From Catajapyx aquilonaris (Eukaryota): a stretch of DNA of 24,902 nucleotides. Position numbers and translations under genes: made by a program. The notes beneath the pieces were generated by a model, which did not search any database, was not told where the DNA came from, and was given only the letters and a program-made list of their open reading frames with translations. Shown here piece by piece: positions 1-11,483 of the stretch. Where the stretch lies: contig KZ538048.1 in assembly GCA_000934665.2 (NCBI GenBank), forward strand, positions 124,001 through 148,902. The letters are read 5' to 3'. The first letter of the stretch is position 1. Each line of letters starts with the position of its first letter.

Positions 1-2298
1 CCACCCTAAAATTGCTCTGTTTAACAATAGTCGCATAGAGCTTACAAAGGGTTGTCGGCACCGCTCTCGAAGCTCAGTTTATTTACGATGATCCGCCTTT
101 GAGCACCAAGAACCATCCGTTTATGCAGAGTTAATTACGGTCCACATACGCCACATTCGAGTTGTTCGCCCGTCGTTTTCACGTTTCTTGGAGGGCCCCT
201 CCAGCCGTTTCCGGGTCTCATTATGGACGTATGGGGCTGAGTGAAATTCCCCCGTTTCCTCCTGGTCTCCCCTACCATCCCACACCGTTTTGTTTGGAAG
301 AAGAAAATCTTGGGGAGAGCTTGGGGGGAAGCGGAAATAAACTCAGCACGTGCTGCGAACAGACCTTCTTCGCCTATATACCACCAACATCGATCCGGCT
401 ACATTTCCCTGGTTCCATTTGATTAGGACACATCTTTTTTGGCAAGAGTGAGAGACAAGAATGGTAGTACAGTAGATGCGTGGGATGAGGTGTGTAGGAT
501 GTTTTACAGGTTTGGTCTGAAATTATCTCGGCCTGGCGAAAGTGTATCCATGCCATTTATCATCCCACATGTCTGGGACTGCTTTGCATATGGCTGACCG
601 ATTTATCTGCATACTTGTCAGTCATGACAGCCTCTATTTCTTTACGACCTGAATGAGATAAGAAGACCAGTGGGCGTGACGTGACGTCAGCTCGCATGCT
701 AGCTGAATATTAAAAATGCAATCGATTTTCAAGGCCACCGCTCCAATTCACCATGCTACTGCCAACAATTATGTCCAGAAGAGTTGCTTGCCCACTCTCC
801 TGAGAGACTCAATTTGCTCGTTGCTGAAGAATAATCCCTGGATGGTTTAATTTGCCCAGATTAAATTGTTTCCTGGTTAGGGTCACGCTCGGTCGTAAAT
901 CTCGGTGTAGAAATAGGCGCGGATTCCGGTATAGACGTTGACGTGCTGCAGCCGACGGTGGTACCGGCTGGTAGGTTTTTTTTCGGTGGCAGGAAGTGAC
1001 CTTTGCCGTGGCCTTCTCCCTTCCCCGGTTTATAACCGACTTACACCCATCCAATGAACCCTTCATACCCCTGTGCTGCATGACGTTCAGGTCTTCAAGG
1101 TAATCAACATCATCAAAGTCTTATCTGGCCGAGCTGCGCAGCTCACCGGTGTTGTGGTGATCTCAGGTGTTTGAAATTTTTCGAGGCGGCAATGAATGGA
1201 TTAATTCACGGCAGTGCAGTGCGTTGAATAAATCATGCGCGTTGTATATGCATAAGGTGAGACATCAGAGGTAAACTGCTAGTGGGGAAAACAATAGGAC
1301 AATGCATTGACTGGTGCAGGCACCGCCAGCTCAGAAAATGGATGCCAAATCGGCTGGTATATGATACAGTCTGTGAAAGTAAATTGGAGAAAGGCATTGA
1401 ATTAAGACAAGTAAAAAGAAGTATTGAAATAACTGGGCATGAAATGAAAAGCTTGGGCCAGAAAAGAAGGATAATTAAAATAATCTTGATGAGACATGTA
1501 AGAGGGCCAAAATTAGCCCTCATTCTCTCTTTGAAAGTGGGGGATTTCAGCAAGCCATACTTCCAGAGACTATATAATGAATTTAATTAGCCCTTACTGC
1601 TATGGAGAGGTTTAAAAGGGGGGAATACTATATACGGTACTTCTTGTCAGTCCAGGTTAGTAGTTTTTTCCCTCCATTCAGGAGTCGGAATATTTTAAAT
1701 TAAATGGAGTTCGGTTTTTCAGAAAAGTCACATTCAGTAAATCGCAAATGCTATTGTAACTAAGCTACATTTTCTACTTATTGGATTTGTGTAAGAATAC
1801 ACTGATGAATGATATTCCGACTATTGCCACTTGATATTCACTTGGCGAGATTGAGCCATAGTTTCTGCGATAATTTTTAACATGGAAATTTTGCAGGTGA
1901 CATGTAAAACTTATACGCTCAAGCTGTCAACTTTCTATGACTCAACATTTTCCGGGTTGATGCAAGATATTGTCACATAGGCAGAATAATCGAGGCCACT
2001 TCATTTGAAAAAGTGGGCACATTTCGCTTGCCAGAGGTGTACCAAGAGCTGTTTACCTGAGCTAAAAGCAGTAGGTAGAACAAATTAATGTTCCACACTT
2101 TTGACCTTTCCATTGCCATAGAGGGCGAACCAATCCGTTCCGTCGTGTTGGAGTCACGATTTGCCGAAATTCGCCATTTGGAAAGTAATATCGCCACGAG
2201 AAGGTTATGGTTTTGTGCTTCACTATTTGCTCAACCCACAGCTACCGCTTACACATCTGCCAACAAACCCATTCAATCCATTGTTCAACCATTTACAG

Positions 2299-2484
2299 GT
2301 CGCACATACATCGGATTGGCCGGAGCCTGGCCACCTCCGGACATAGTTGTCCAGGGCACCGGAGTGGAACCTCAGCATTGTTACCTGGAGCACAATGATG
2401 GTGTCGTCACCCTGCACTCGGCATTGTGCTACATGACCACTGTTGACGGAATCAGAGTGACCGAGCCTACTCGTCTGACGCAAG
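2299..2484 (+). CDS. PHLDB1: PHLDB/LL5-family protein, internal exon A (FHA domain core)
   Basis: tttacAG acceptor and caaG|GTGAGT donor, phase 1/1. Encodes GRTYIG...DIVVQGTGVEPQHCYLEHNDGVVTLH...VDGIRVTEPTRLTQG, the FHA domain typical of PHLDB1/kinesin-3-like FHA domains. The symbol denotes the family (single invertebrate PHLDB1/2 co-ortholog). Confidence 0.9.
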
Positions 2485-3433
2485 GTGAGTCCTGTCAAAG
2501 ACCACGTGGTGATACACCCTGGTGAGAATACCAATTCATTCAAACGCCTTGGAATGAATCCCCCGATGGGAAGATTTATCGGCGGTCCCTTTTTCCGGGC
2601 CAGGAAAAAACATGAGCGGAAAAAAAACCTTTTCCATCAGTTGGGGTCGAGGGTGGTGCTCACAGAATGATTCATGATGCTGATTAGACTCTCAGGTGTT
2701 GGGAAGCATACCCTTACCTCCAGGGAGTGAGGCTCGAGAATCAGTCTCCCCAAGGGGGCATATGTGTGTGCTATTCAGTCTGACAGTCTCAGAAGGTTCG
2801 TTTCTTCGGTCCCAAAGTGACATTTCTTTCCTGCTAGAGCCATTTCTGGAATGCCCCCTGGGCTCACCCCATCCTGCCGACCTTCCCACTTTTTCCTTCT
2901 GGACCTTGGCTTCCAAAGGCTCCTCCCAAAGAAGAGGGTGGTGCTGGTGGTGGGTTCCCCCGGAATTTCCGTTTCCATCATTGGGGCGCCAGTGCTGCAG
3001 TAGTTACGCAGGATGCACAAACTCTTCCAGCCATGAGGCGTTACATCCGAACACTCCGAAAACCTTCATGATTATATGGGCATGTAGCTCTATACGCCTG
3101 ATGGCCCTGGGAAGAATGAAGAATAATAGCCCTCTTGCTTGACCCCGGCCTGTCTTCTGGAGTAATGAGATGTTTCCCCTTTGGGATGCACCTAATAACA
3201 TAATCCGCCGTTGGTGGTTTTTTCACCCCTCCGTGGTCGGTGGTTGTTGGTGGTGAGAACGATGCCAGTCAGAAATGGGGTTAGGTTCGGGCTGTTGATT
3301 TTTTTTTCGGGTTTAATGGACCCAAGGTGCAGTCATTTTGGCAATTTACTGCCTATTATGCACACTGCTTGATTTCGTGACTGTGTGAATAATTAGCGTG
3401 ACCTTTATGGCCAACCCTCCATTCCCTTTCCAG

Positions 3434-3550
3434 GTTCCATGATTTGCATAGGGAGGTCCAACTATTTCCGTTTCAACCACCCGCAGGAGGCACAGATGAT
3501 GAAGAAAATCATGCCCAACACCAGAATATCGATGGTCCCGTTTTATCCAG
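3434..3550 (+). CDS. PHLDB1: PHLDB-family exon B (end of FHA domain)
   Basis: ccctttccAG acceptor and ccaG|GTGAAG donor. Encodes (G)SMICIGRSNYFRFNHPQEAQMMKKIMPNTRISMVPFYP, matching the FRFNHP-EA-MK motif that ends PHLDB FHA domains. Not in the ORF track. Confidence 0.9.
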
Positions 3551-3618
3551 GTGAAGAATGCTTCCATTGTTTCTAACTCACATGCCGACAGTATATTAAT
3601 GGCCCAATTGTTACTCAG

Positions 3619-3709
3619 TGGACAACCCTGAATATTTCCACATGAGCGGGGAAAAGACTGCCAAGAAACCGCCTGTGCCTCCCCCTCACACTGGTGGTAA
3701 TCACGAAAA
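3619..3709 (+). CDS. PHLDB1: PHLDB-family exon C (Pro-rich)
   Basis: ttactcAG acceptor after a 68-nt intron and aa|GTATGT donor, phase 1/2. Encodes (V)DNPEYFHMSGEKTAKKPPVPPPHTGGNHE(N). It is needed for phase continuity between exons B and D. Confidence 0.75.
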
Positions 3710-3766
3710 GTATGTGTCATGATACGCCATGCAATGTTCCCACCGATAACAGCCTTTTGTTCTTAG

Positions 3767-4158
3767 CTACTGCCCGCCAGAGAACCAAGACTTTATCAGC
3801 AAAGTGTCCAAATTTGAGTATCTGTCGCATCGTCGTGATTCCAACGAGCCACAACAACAGCGTTGGTTCTACCGCGACGGAATCCGAACACCACCAGCCA
3901 GGAACGGTCCAAACAAGAGCTTTCAACCATTATGTCCAACTAGTGAACCACCAGCACCCTCAGCATTTGCAACCCTTCCTCCATCCCCTCCCAAGAATCT
4001 CTTCTCGCCCAAGGTGTTTCCTCCGACCACCAGCACCAGTTGTCCAGCAAATGCAGTGCTAATCAACAGACGGTGCATAACACCAACTCCATTTCACGTC
4101 AACCAGGTGCCATTCCAAGCGGCGCCAAACATGCATTCCACAGGAGGAGGAAGTACAG
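3767..4158 (+). CDS. PHLDB1: PHLDB-family exon D (Pro/Ser-rich linker)
   Basis: ttgttcttAG acceptor after a 57-nt intron and acaG|GTAAGT donor, phase 2/1. Encodes YCPPENQDFISKVSKFEYLSHRR...SPKVFPP...TGGGST (frame of ORF 3804-4391). Confidence 0.82.
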
Positions 4159-4217
4159 GTAAGTTTTGCGAAACCCTGCTTATGAAAAGCCATTACCTGC
4201 ATTACCTTTGGTCGCAG

Positions 4218-4402
4218 GTAACTTGGCAAATGGCAACCATAGGAGGACACAGTCAGCAGGCTCAGAGTACGTGGGGCTGCATGCAGGAAGGGCCACACCC
4301 ACCAGGTCATCACCTCGCCAACAGAATGGGTTTGGCAGCCATCATTGTAGCCAAGAGGAATTGGCAGCATGTGAGGAGGAGCTGGAATTGAAGAGAAAGC
4401 AG
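4218..4402 (+). CDS. PHLDB1: PHLDB-family exon E
   Basis: gtcgcAG acceptor after a 59-nt intron and cag|GTGCAT donor, phase 1/0. Encodes (G)NLANGNHRRTQSAGSE...SQEELAACEEELELKRKQ, the start of a coiled coil. Confidence 0.82.
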
Positions 4403-4682
4403 GTGCATTCACAAAGCGTTTTTGCATGACAGAACTCTGGTCATATGCTCCATTAGTATCGTGGGTGGCCTTTACCTTGACGGCCACTAATAGATTTTTC
4501 ATGTGAGCTTGCAGCACTTTAGACTTCCATTATGCATGTCATGACTGCGTACACAAGCCGTGTTTACTCTGCGTCGGCTAGTCATGATGTGGTAATTACT
4601 CTGTTGGGAATCGGATTATGCGATACAGCCGAGTGGATAAGGAGAGGCTTGTCTTAGTCCCTATTTTTTGCACGATTTTTAG

Positions 4683-4867
4683 GCAGTGGAGGAGAGACTG
4701 CACGAGCAGGAATTAGAACGGCAGGAACGTGCCCGTCTGGAAGAAATTCTCAACCTGTGTGCAGAATATGAGCGACAGGCCCAGAGGGAGAAAATGCTGA
4801 AACAGCCAGAACAGCAGATGATAACCTCTGCAAGTCTCTGCCAGTCCCATCCACTTCAACAGAACAG
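4683..4867 (+). CDS. PHLDB1: PHLDB-family exon F (coiled coil)
   Basis: gatttttAG acceptor and ag|GTGGGC donor, phase 0/2. Encodes AVEERLHEQELERQERARLEEILNLCAEYERQ, resembling the conserved PHLDB ERQRLETILNLCAEY motif. Confidence 0.9.
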
Positions 4868-6813
4868 GTGGGCATGCCGCAGTTTTTAGGAGGTTATCGC
4901 TAGCACGAATCTGCAAGGCCGCCAGATTAGTTGTGTGATAAGAGATTGATCTGGTGTCAAATTTGGTCAGGAGGTGAGGTGGCTGTCAGTTTTAAAATGT
5001 TACAGTGGGCCTTAAGTTGGAGTCAACTTTAATCTCCTGTGGGTGCTGGTAGAGCTAATTATCAGCTATTAATATCATGTTATACATGCACACTGAATGG
5101 ACTGTAATTTACACCTTTACATTGAGACTAAATAGGACAATATTTAGCTACACAGTAGGCTATACAATACACTGTGGCTTGGTTTGGGAAAAAAAATTAC
5201 TCGAATTTTCAAGGTTTAATGACACATAGTAATCTGATGGTTCTGTCTGTAGGGAAATGCTGTATGACGCACAATTTGCCTACATTAACCCTTCCACATC
5301 AGCACAACAACTTGCGGTAACATCCTATGTTGGGAATATGGAAAAATGTGTTTACAACCACATGAATAGCCCTTTTATCCTGTTAATGGTCAAGCTATAA
5401 ATAACAAGGATAAACCACAGGCAGATCGTTTACCTTTAGTGTTTGCCCTAACCAGCCCTGAGAGACAGCCTGATTTTCGAACGTTTACATTATTTTTTTT
5501 GCGAGTATTTATTTACAAAACCGCTTTATTCAGCAACCTAGCAGCTGTTCTGTTACAGTATTATCAAAGACTGTCGTTCTGATGTCAACAAAATAGTTTG
5601 TCCATATGTAAAATCATTTTCCTACATTTGAATTCGAATTTCCCGCACATGGCCAACAAGCACGCCATCTGTGGGTAGCCACTGATTTGTAAGGAACCCG
5701 TTAAAATCCGAGCCAACTTCATGGGGAAAAACTGGAAAGATATGGGCGTCGTTCATCTAGTTTGGAGTTGTAGATGGTTGTCGCGGAAGGACGGCGTTGC
5801 CTGGCCGTCTGAGAGACTGCCATCTGCCGGTCACAACCAGGCCGGCATCCCTTGTGGGATAGCCTGAATGGCCGACCACCGTGGGAAACCTATGGGGAAA
5901 TCAAAAGGGCGGGAGAATACGTGGGGAGAATAGGGCCCAAACTGGCAACAACGCGGTGTGAATGCTTGCTCTGTAGGACGCGATTGTAAACAACAGACTG
6001 TTGCCCCGGGCTGTATGGCCCTCGGATTGTGCTGGTGCATACACTATGCAGTGGACAACGGGGTAGGAGGACACAGTGCTGTGTGGCCATACTCAAAGGA
6101 CGGTGCATGACATGCAGGAGTGAGGATACTACATGTGGTTGTGCCCGCTGCAGGTTGTACCGACAGACAGGTGGAGGACTCTCCAGAATCAGCGCTGGTG
6201 TGGTGCTAGCGCAGGGAGAGTTAGAGTGTCCACGCTGTTCATTATGCAGGCGACTTGCAGCCTGCCGAGGTCAGTGTGGCTTATTGCGGTTGTAGATGCG
6301 AGGTGGCCAACATGGGTGTTAAAAGTATAAGTGTTGCATGCGGGTGGTGTTATGCAGCTGGTGGTACCAGATACGGTGTAATCCAACGAAGAATGGCCAT
6401 TGTGCAGATTGGCGACAGCCTCAATACAGTAAGGAGAGGCACAATGTAGGACAAGCAAGTGACATTGCAGCAGAGTCGACACAGTTTTAAATCTTGAGGT
6501 ATCATTGTAGCGTCTCCAAAAACATATGTGTGGTGCTTCTAAGTTTCTCCTTGGCACAATGTTGATGCCCAGATGATATGAGTTGCAAAAGGACTTCCAT
6601 ACAAGACCACTTTTGGAGCTGTCATGATACATTCACTGCAGGTTTCAGATTGCAGTTCAGTAATTACGAGTGCCTGCCAATTACAATTTCAGTGCACTGC
6701 TTTCTGAACCTGACAGGCAGGTGGATATTACATTCCTGCCTTGTCCCTCCAGTTGTGGCCATGTGAGGGTCTTCCATGGGATATTTCATGCTGGGCGTTT
6801 CATGTCACATGAA

Positions 6814-7087
6814 CCCTGGAACCGTGACATGCCTGAAAGTTACGTTAACCGTGCCGTGGGGTCTTTTAGGACCCCATGCCACATTTTAATTTTTATTAAT
6901 TTTTATATGATACTTTTCAATGTATTGACTATATGCAATCATTCTTTGAACAATGCTAAAATGATCGCTAAGTCAAAATAAACATGCACTTCCTGTTTTA
7001 TACTTTTTAATAATTGCAACCAGTTCATTGTAATTGATATTTTAATTCCTTTGGGGTCCTAAAAGACACCACGTCACGGTTCCAGGG
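6814..7087. mobile_element. piggyBac-like MITE
   Basis: CCCTGGAACCGTGAC... and ...GTCACGGTTCCAGGG termini, plus inverted GTCTTTTAGGACCCCA subterminal blocks. Right flank is TTAA and left flank is TGAA (decayed). The left TIR has a short insertion/duplication. Confidence 0.7.
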
Positions 7088-7501
7088 TTAACAAATAAGG
7101 CTGTGTTGCATTTGGCATTAGTTGAGATTTGGCTTAAGGTGTAAGTACTGTAAAAGAAGGAATTATTGATGTTAGTCATAGGCTATGCAAGTGATACATT
7201 TATTATACAGTAACATCTGTCTACGAGTATAATGAACCCTGAACACAGTAGAAACTTGTCCAGTGCAGAACATTTGTTTGGTACTGGTACAGAATTATTA
7301 ATGTGTGGCTGTGGTACATAATACATATCTATTTGGTATGTAAAATTTTTACTGCATGGTGTGACACTGCTATACAGACAGGTTTCACTGTATTAGGTTT
7401 TCCAGTTGGTGCTCATTTCCCTGAATTATTGAGTGAACTCTCATCATCATGAATTGGTTAATGCAGATGAACTTATAATTAAACTTCTTCTGTTTTCATA
7501 G

Positions 7502-7949
7502 GATAAAGACGAACGGGTCCCTCCCTCGAGACAAGCGCCTGCACTCACCTTCCAATCGCCCCGACTTTGCCCGCATGCCATGCACGTCATCTGAGGACGA
7601 CTCATCTTCATACAGTGCGGAAAAGCCTGTGGTGGTGGCGGGAAGCCCGAATTCTTCTGGCCCTCTTCCTCCAGGGATGGAACGCAGCCCATACGAGAAT
7701 GTGTACCTGACCTACCCCCACAGTCCACGAACCAGAATAAGAACTACCCTGGCGAAGGATCAGAGAAGAGATTGCGAAATTTTCGAAAACAAGATGGCAC
7801 TCTCAGATTTTAGTCCAGCTCCAAAGAAGAGTGATGCTCCTCCCAAGCCACCCCGGGCCAGGGTTGAAACCGGTACAGATGTTCAAAAGGAGAGCAGGGA
7901 TGCAGTATTCATTGGAACAGAGAGCATTAGGGGAGATGAGAAATTGCAG
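7502..7949 (+). CDS. PHLDB1: PHLDB-family exon G
   Basis: tgttttcatAG acceptor and cag|GTGAGT donor, phase 2/0. The junction reads QQNR-IKTNGSLPRDKR, followed by SSSYS...SPYENVY...SPRTRIRT...PPKPPR. Confidence 0.87.
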
Positions 7950-8337
7950 GTGAGTTGAGGACAAGTCAGGTATTTTGGGCCTATTGATAATAATCCGATG
8001 TTTCACATGGGTCTTCAGGCTGCATGTGAAAGATATTTTGAATCTTCTAAGGGTCTTACCAAGTCTGGTCCTTACAGTGTACATTTTGTGACTGCATGTT
8101 GGGGACGAGGCAATGTAGAGCCCCAAAATATATAATAAAGGTCACCTTTCTAAGCCTCCTGTTCAGCAACCTTTCAGCACCTTTTGTGCCTTATGTGCAG
8201 TAGTGTTCCCAGTCTCCTTTGACCCCGTTGCTGCCAGTCACAAAATGTGAATGGACCATGAACAAACGTGACCGGCCTGCACAATGCATTCACATTTTGT
8301 GAGCTGCGTGTACACTCCCATTTACCTCCATATACTA

Positions 8338-9200
8338 TAAGTGTCATTCAGATGAAATCGAGCCATGGTCATATAGCATTTCTGGTGTTTGTCGTGACAT
8401 CTTACACACAAAACAAAGACCATGCCAGTGTAGTATTATGACCAGGGATGGAAAAAGAACCGCTTCTTTGGGAGGAAGCGGTTCTTTTTCCATCCCTGCA
8501 CATGGAAAAAAGAAGCGCTTCTTGGAAGGAAGCGGTTCTTTTTCCATCCCTGATTATGACACACTGACAGTTGGCCATTAGATCACTCGACACAGTCGCA
8601 GTGTGCTTTTGTTCAAGACCCCCCCTTCAAAAAACCCATCCAGTCAGATATGGAAGCAACGAATGTTGATCAGCCAGCGGTAATCCGTTTTTGAACCGCG
8701 GAAGGTGTTGGGAGCATAGAATTCCATCTCCTTATGGGTACCGTGTATGAAAACTGCATGTTGTCATTGCCACGTGTTAGAACCTGGAGTAAGCGGTTTG
8801 CTTGCCCTGGCCTGGAATTGCCAGTTAACGATGACCATCGCTCTCAAAACCCTTTGCTCCAGGCTCTAACACGTGGCAAAGACATACAGTTTTCGTACAC
8901 GGTACACATACTGAGATGGATTTCTGTACTGCCGACACCTTCCGCGGTTCAAAAACGGATTACTGGCGGCTGATCAACACTCATTGCTTTCATATCTGAG
9001 TGTACGATCTTTTTGAGGGGGGGGGGGGCGTGTCCTGAACAAAGGCACACTGCGACTGTGCCGAGTGATTGAATGGCCAACTGTCAGTGTGTCAAAATAC
9101 TACACCTGTATGGCCTTTGTTTTGAATGTAAGATGTCGCGACAAACCCATCCGGAAATTTGCTATATGGCCGTGGCTTGTTTTCATCTGAATGACCCTAA
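8338..9200. mobile_element. mariner-derived 5'-5' fold-back element
   Basis: TA-flanked GTCATTCAGATGAAA/TTTCATCTGAATGAC ends. Inverted arms of about 350 bp (after removing the hAT insert) surround a ~45-bp spacer. The arms carry a mariner transposase N-terminus (MEATNVDQPAVIRF*TAEGVGSIEFHLLMGTVYENCMLSLPRVRTWSKRF from ~8650). Confidence 0.85.
8443..8552. mobile_element. 110-bp hAT-type MITE (tandem hairpin dimer)
   Basis: 24-bp perfect TIR CAGGGATGGAAAAAGAACCGCTTC. 8-bp TSD ATTATGAC at 8435-8442 and 8553-8560. Absent from the mirror arm of the host fold-back. Confidence 0.88.
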
Positions 9201-9444
9201 TATTTCAAACTGGTGCACAAATCTTACTGCCGCGAAATGTTTGCATCTGGCCTTATTGTATGGTCTGACACATGGAATCATTTGCATAATACCTTGACCA
9301 TTAGTAGGGGAGGGACAGGAGGTGCAAGTGCCATGGCTGATTTGGTCATTGCATGCATTCCATGGGTGGCTAGTCTCACAGGATCCCACTCCCACCTAAG
9401 ACAAAGCTGGAGATGACACAACTTCACTCAAGAGTAATGGAATG

Positions 9445-9516
9445 GAGACCTAGGTCAAACCCAGGATCTTGCCTTTTGTGGGCTCATTGATTACTGCAGC
9501 ACCACATTGCCTCTCC
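9445..9516 (-). mobile_element. possible decayed tRNA-derived SINE head
   Basis: Minus strand has an A-box-like TGGTGCTGCAGT and a B-box-like GGGTTTGACC at tRNA-like spacing. No TSD found. Confidence 0.25.
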
Positions 9517-11183
9517 CCTTATTATTATCAGAGTACGAATCTTGCTCTGATTTTTGCCACTGAGTAATCCTTGGAAAAATTACAGTTAGATATTGTTACG
9601 GCAGCTTCTGGGTAGCATTGCAATTGAGTGACACAGATCCATCACTTAGGTGTCATTTGTTGGCATGGTGCCATAGGATGGGTATAGCAGGGCTCCCAAC
9701 TACTTCATTGTGTTCTGATTGCAAAAATCCACTGTGGTGCGAGTCACACTGAACTTCCTACGCTGGATGACATGGCACTTTTTCATATCAGGTTCAAGCC
9801 ATGCATATATTTTGTAAGCACTGAATTTGTTTTCATATTGTAAAACGCATCGCTTTTGCTTGCATGTACTGTAAGTTGTGAGGATATATTCTCCCCATTT
9901 TAGTAGTCCAGCTAGAATCATGAGATAGCCAAGGTTGTCTTAAGCCTACCACACATCCTTAGCTTACTTGTTAGTGAGATATATTAAAATGATAAAGTCT
10001 AGTTGAGCAGGTGGAGTTTCTGTGTGATGCATAAAATATAATTTATGAGATACAAGTACCTTGCATTTATGACATGCAAATTGTACCTGGTCAATTGGAT
10101 TCGATCGTCCCTTGTTTGAGTCAGTGTCAGAGGGTATGACCTTTTGGATGGGTGGTTTTTTTGCTCTTTTGGGAAGGATTCGAAAAGACAGGCCTTCTGG
10201 TTTGTTGTCATTGCCACAGAATGGATGAAAATGCTTTCAAGGTCTATGTATAAAGGTGTTTGGAAGGCTATGAAAGTTTGGGTTGAAATGAAAAAATCTA
10301 TTCATTCATGACAGGCCTAATTTCAAGCCGATAAATGGGCACAATAGAGGAATCGCTTTTTACGTAATTCTTCTTCGATCATTAAAAATTGTTCAAATTT
10401 TCACCGTCAGTTGTGTCACATGGTGGATATCATACAGGTATAATGACCAATTTCAAATGTTCATATCAGCGATGTATGACTAAGCAGTGATGAAGAATGT
10501 TTACCTAAGCTATCAGGGAGATTGAACTAGTCAGTTGGTGATGTATTGTGAAAGAATTTGATTGTCTCATTGACTTGCGATGTCATCAGCCTTCCTTGTG
10601 GCCTGCAGCATGCTTTCTTCACTCTCAGGGATGACATCTTGAAGAATGTCATGTCGCAAACACCACTACTGCTTGTTGCATTCAGAGTTTTTGAACAGAT
10701 GAGCTTCCCTCCCAGCAATTATTCTAATCTTGATTTTGGGAGAGGAAGCAGGGCACTGCATGACTGTCTCATGCACACACACTTCCCGCACTGGACATTT
10801 GCCCAGTTCCTGATTCCTGTGCACAGTGCAGCTTCCTTATTGTGGATTCCTGCCTTGCAGTCCATTTCCATGCAGAAATCCAGTCACATGTGCCCTGTTT
10901 CCTCTCCCACAATTGAGAGTGGAATTTCTGAGAGGGACGCTTGACCATTCCCAAATTTTTGCAACATGCAGTAGTGACTCTTTCCCTCTTTGAATGTCAT
11001 GAAAGAAGGGATAACAAGGGTGCGCTTTATTATTAAATGATAACTTAGTTGTGTAGTTTATTTCCAAGAAGTACATTTCAATGAGCGATTAGTTTTATCT
11101 AGGATCCGATGAGATAACAATATAGCTTATTGGCGACAGTGCCAATTGGATCTAGACCCATTACTGAATCTTTGTAATTTCAG

Positions 11184-11483
11184 AAGGAGAATAAGGAAGG
11201 GCTGGAGTCCCTGAAGCATGAGAAGAGCAGGCAACTGTGTGTGGTGTCTTCCTTGAAGCGTCGCATCACTGAAATTGAACAGCAAGAGGATGAGAGCATA
11301 CGGGAGCTGGAGATGGAGAAGGCCCTCTTGGATGGGGAACGACAAGCCCAGAGAGACAAACTGAGGACTGAGGAAGACCAACTCCTGGCACTGAGGCAGA
11401 GGGCAATTAGGCTTGAAAAGGAAGTTGAGGAATGGAAGAATCAGGAAGCTGCTCGGATTGAAGCCTGCAGGCTGTCTCTGAAG
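11184..11483 (+). CDS. PHLDB1: PHLDB-family exon H (coiled coil)
   Basis: taatttcAG acceptor (NAGNAG cagaag) and aag|GTATTA donor, phase 0/0. Encodes KENKEGLESLKHEK...ITEIEQQEDESIRELEMEKALLDGE..., matching the PHLDB E-REAEMERALLQGE-type motif. Confidence 0.88.

Noticed and set aside
162..422. ORF with ESLGGSGNKLST, loosely like the PHLDB LVSLGSGRLST motif upstream of the FHA domain
   Set aside because: Flanking residues do not match and I found no compatible phase-1 donor; the true upstream exon is probably outside the window.
1282..1590. 102-aa ORF faintly resembling an RTE/LINE reverse-transcriptase C-terminus
   Set aside because: Similarity is too weak and needs frameshifts; no tail or TSD seen.
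1981..2036. Possible upstream exon ending ...FRLPE before exon A
   Set aside because: Its donor would be phase 0 whereas exon A needs phase 1; no family motif.
2696..3142. 148-aa + strand ORF starting right after an AG
   Set aside because: Out of phase with exon A (the spliced frame stops after ~12 codons) and would split the FHA domain.
4159..4391. C-terminal part of ORF 3804-4391
   Set aside because: Read-through of a 59-nt intron into the wrong frame of exon E.
5280..6770. GC/CpG-richer intronic block with Cys-rich short ORFs
   Set aside because: Probably TE fragments, but no paired TIRs, TSDs or recognisable protein could be established.
8238..8302. 16-bp inverted repeat TCACAAAATGTGAATG
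   Set aside because: Real but isolated; no termini or TSD to classify it.
8443..8552. Repeat-spacer-like pattern suggestive of CRISPR or rho-independent terminators
   Set aside because: Eukaryotic intron; there are no unique spacers or cas genes, and an 8-bp TSD explains it as a MITE.
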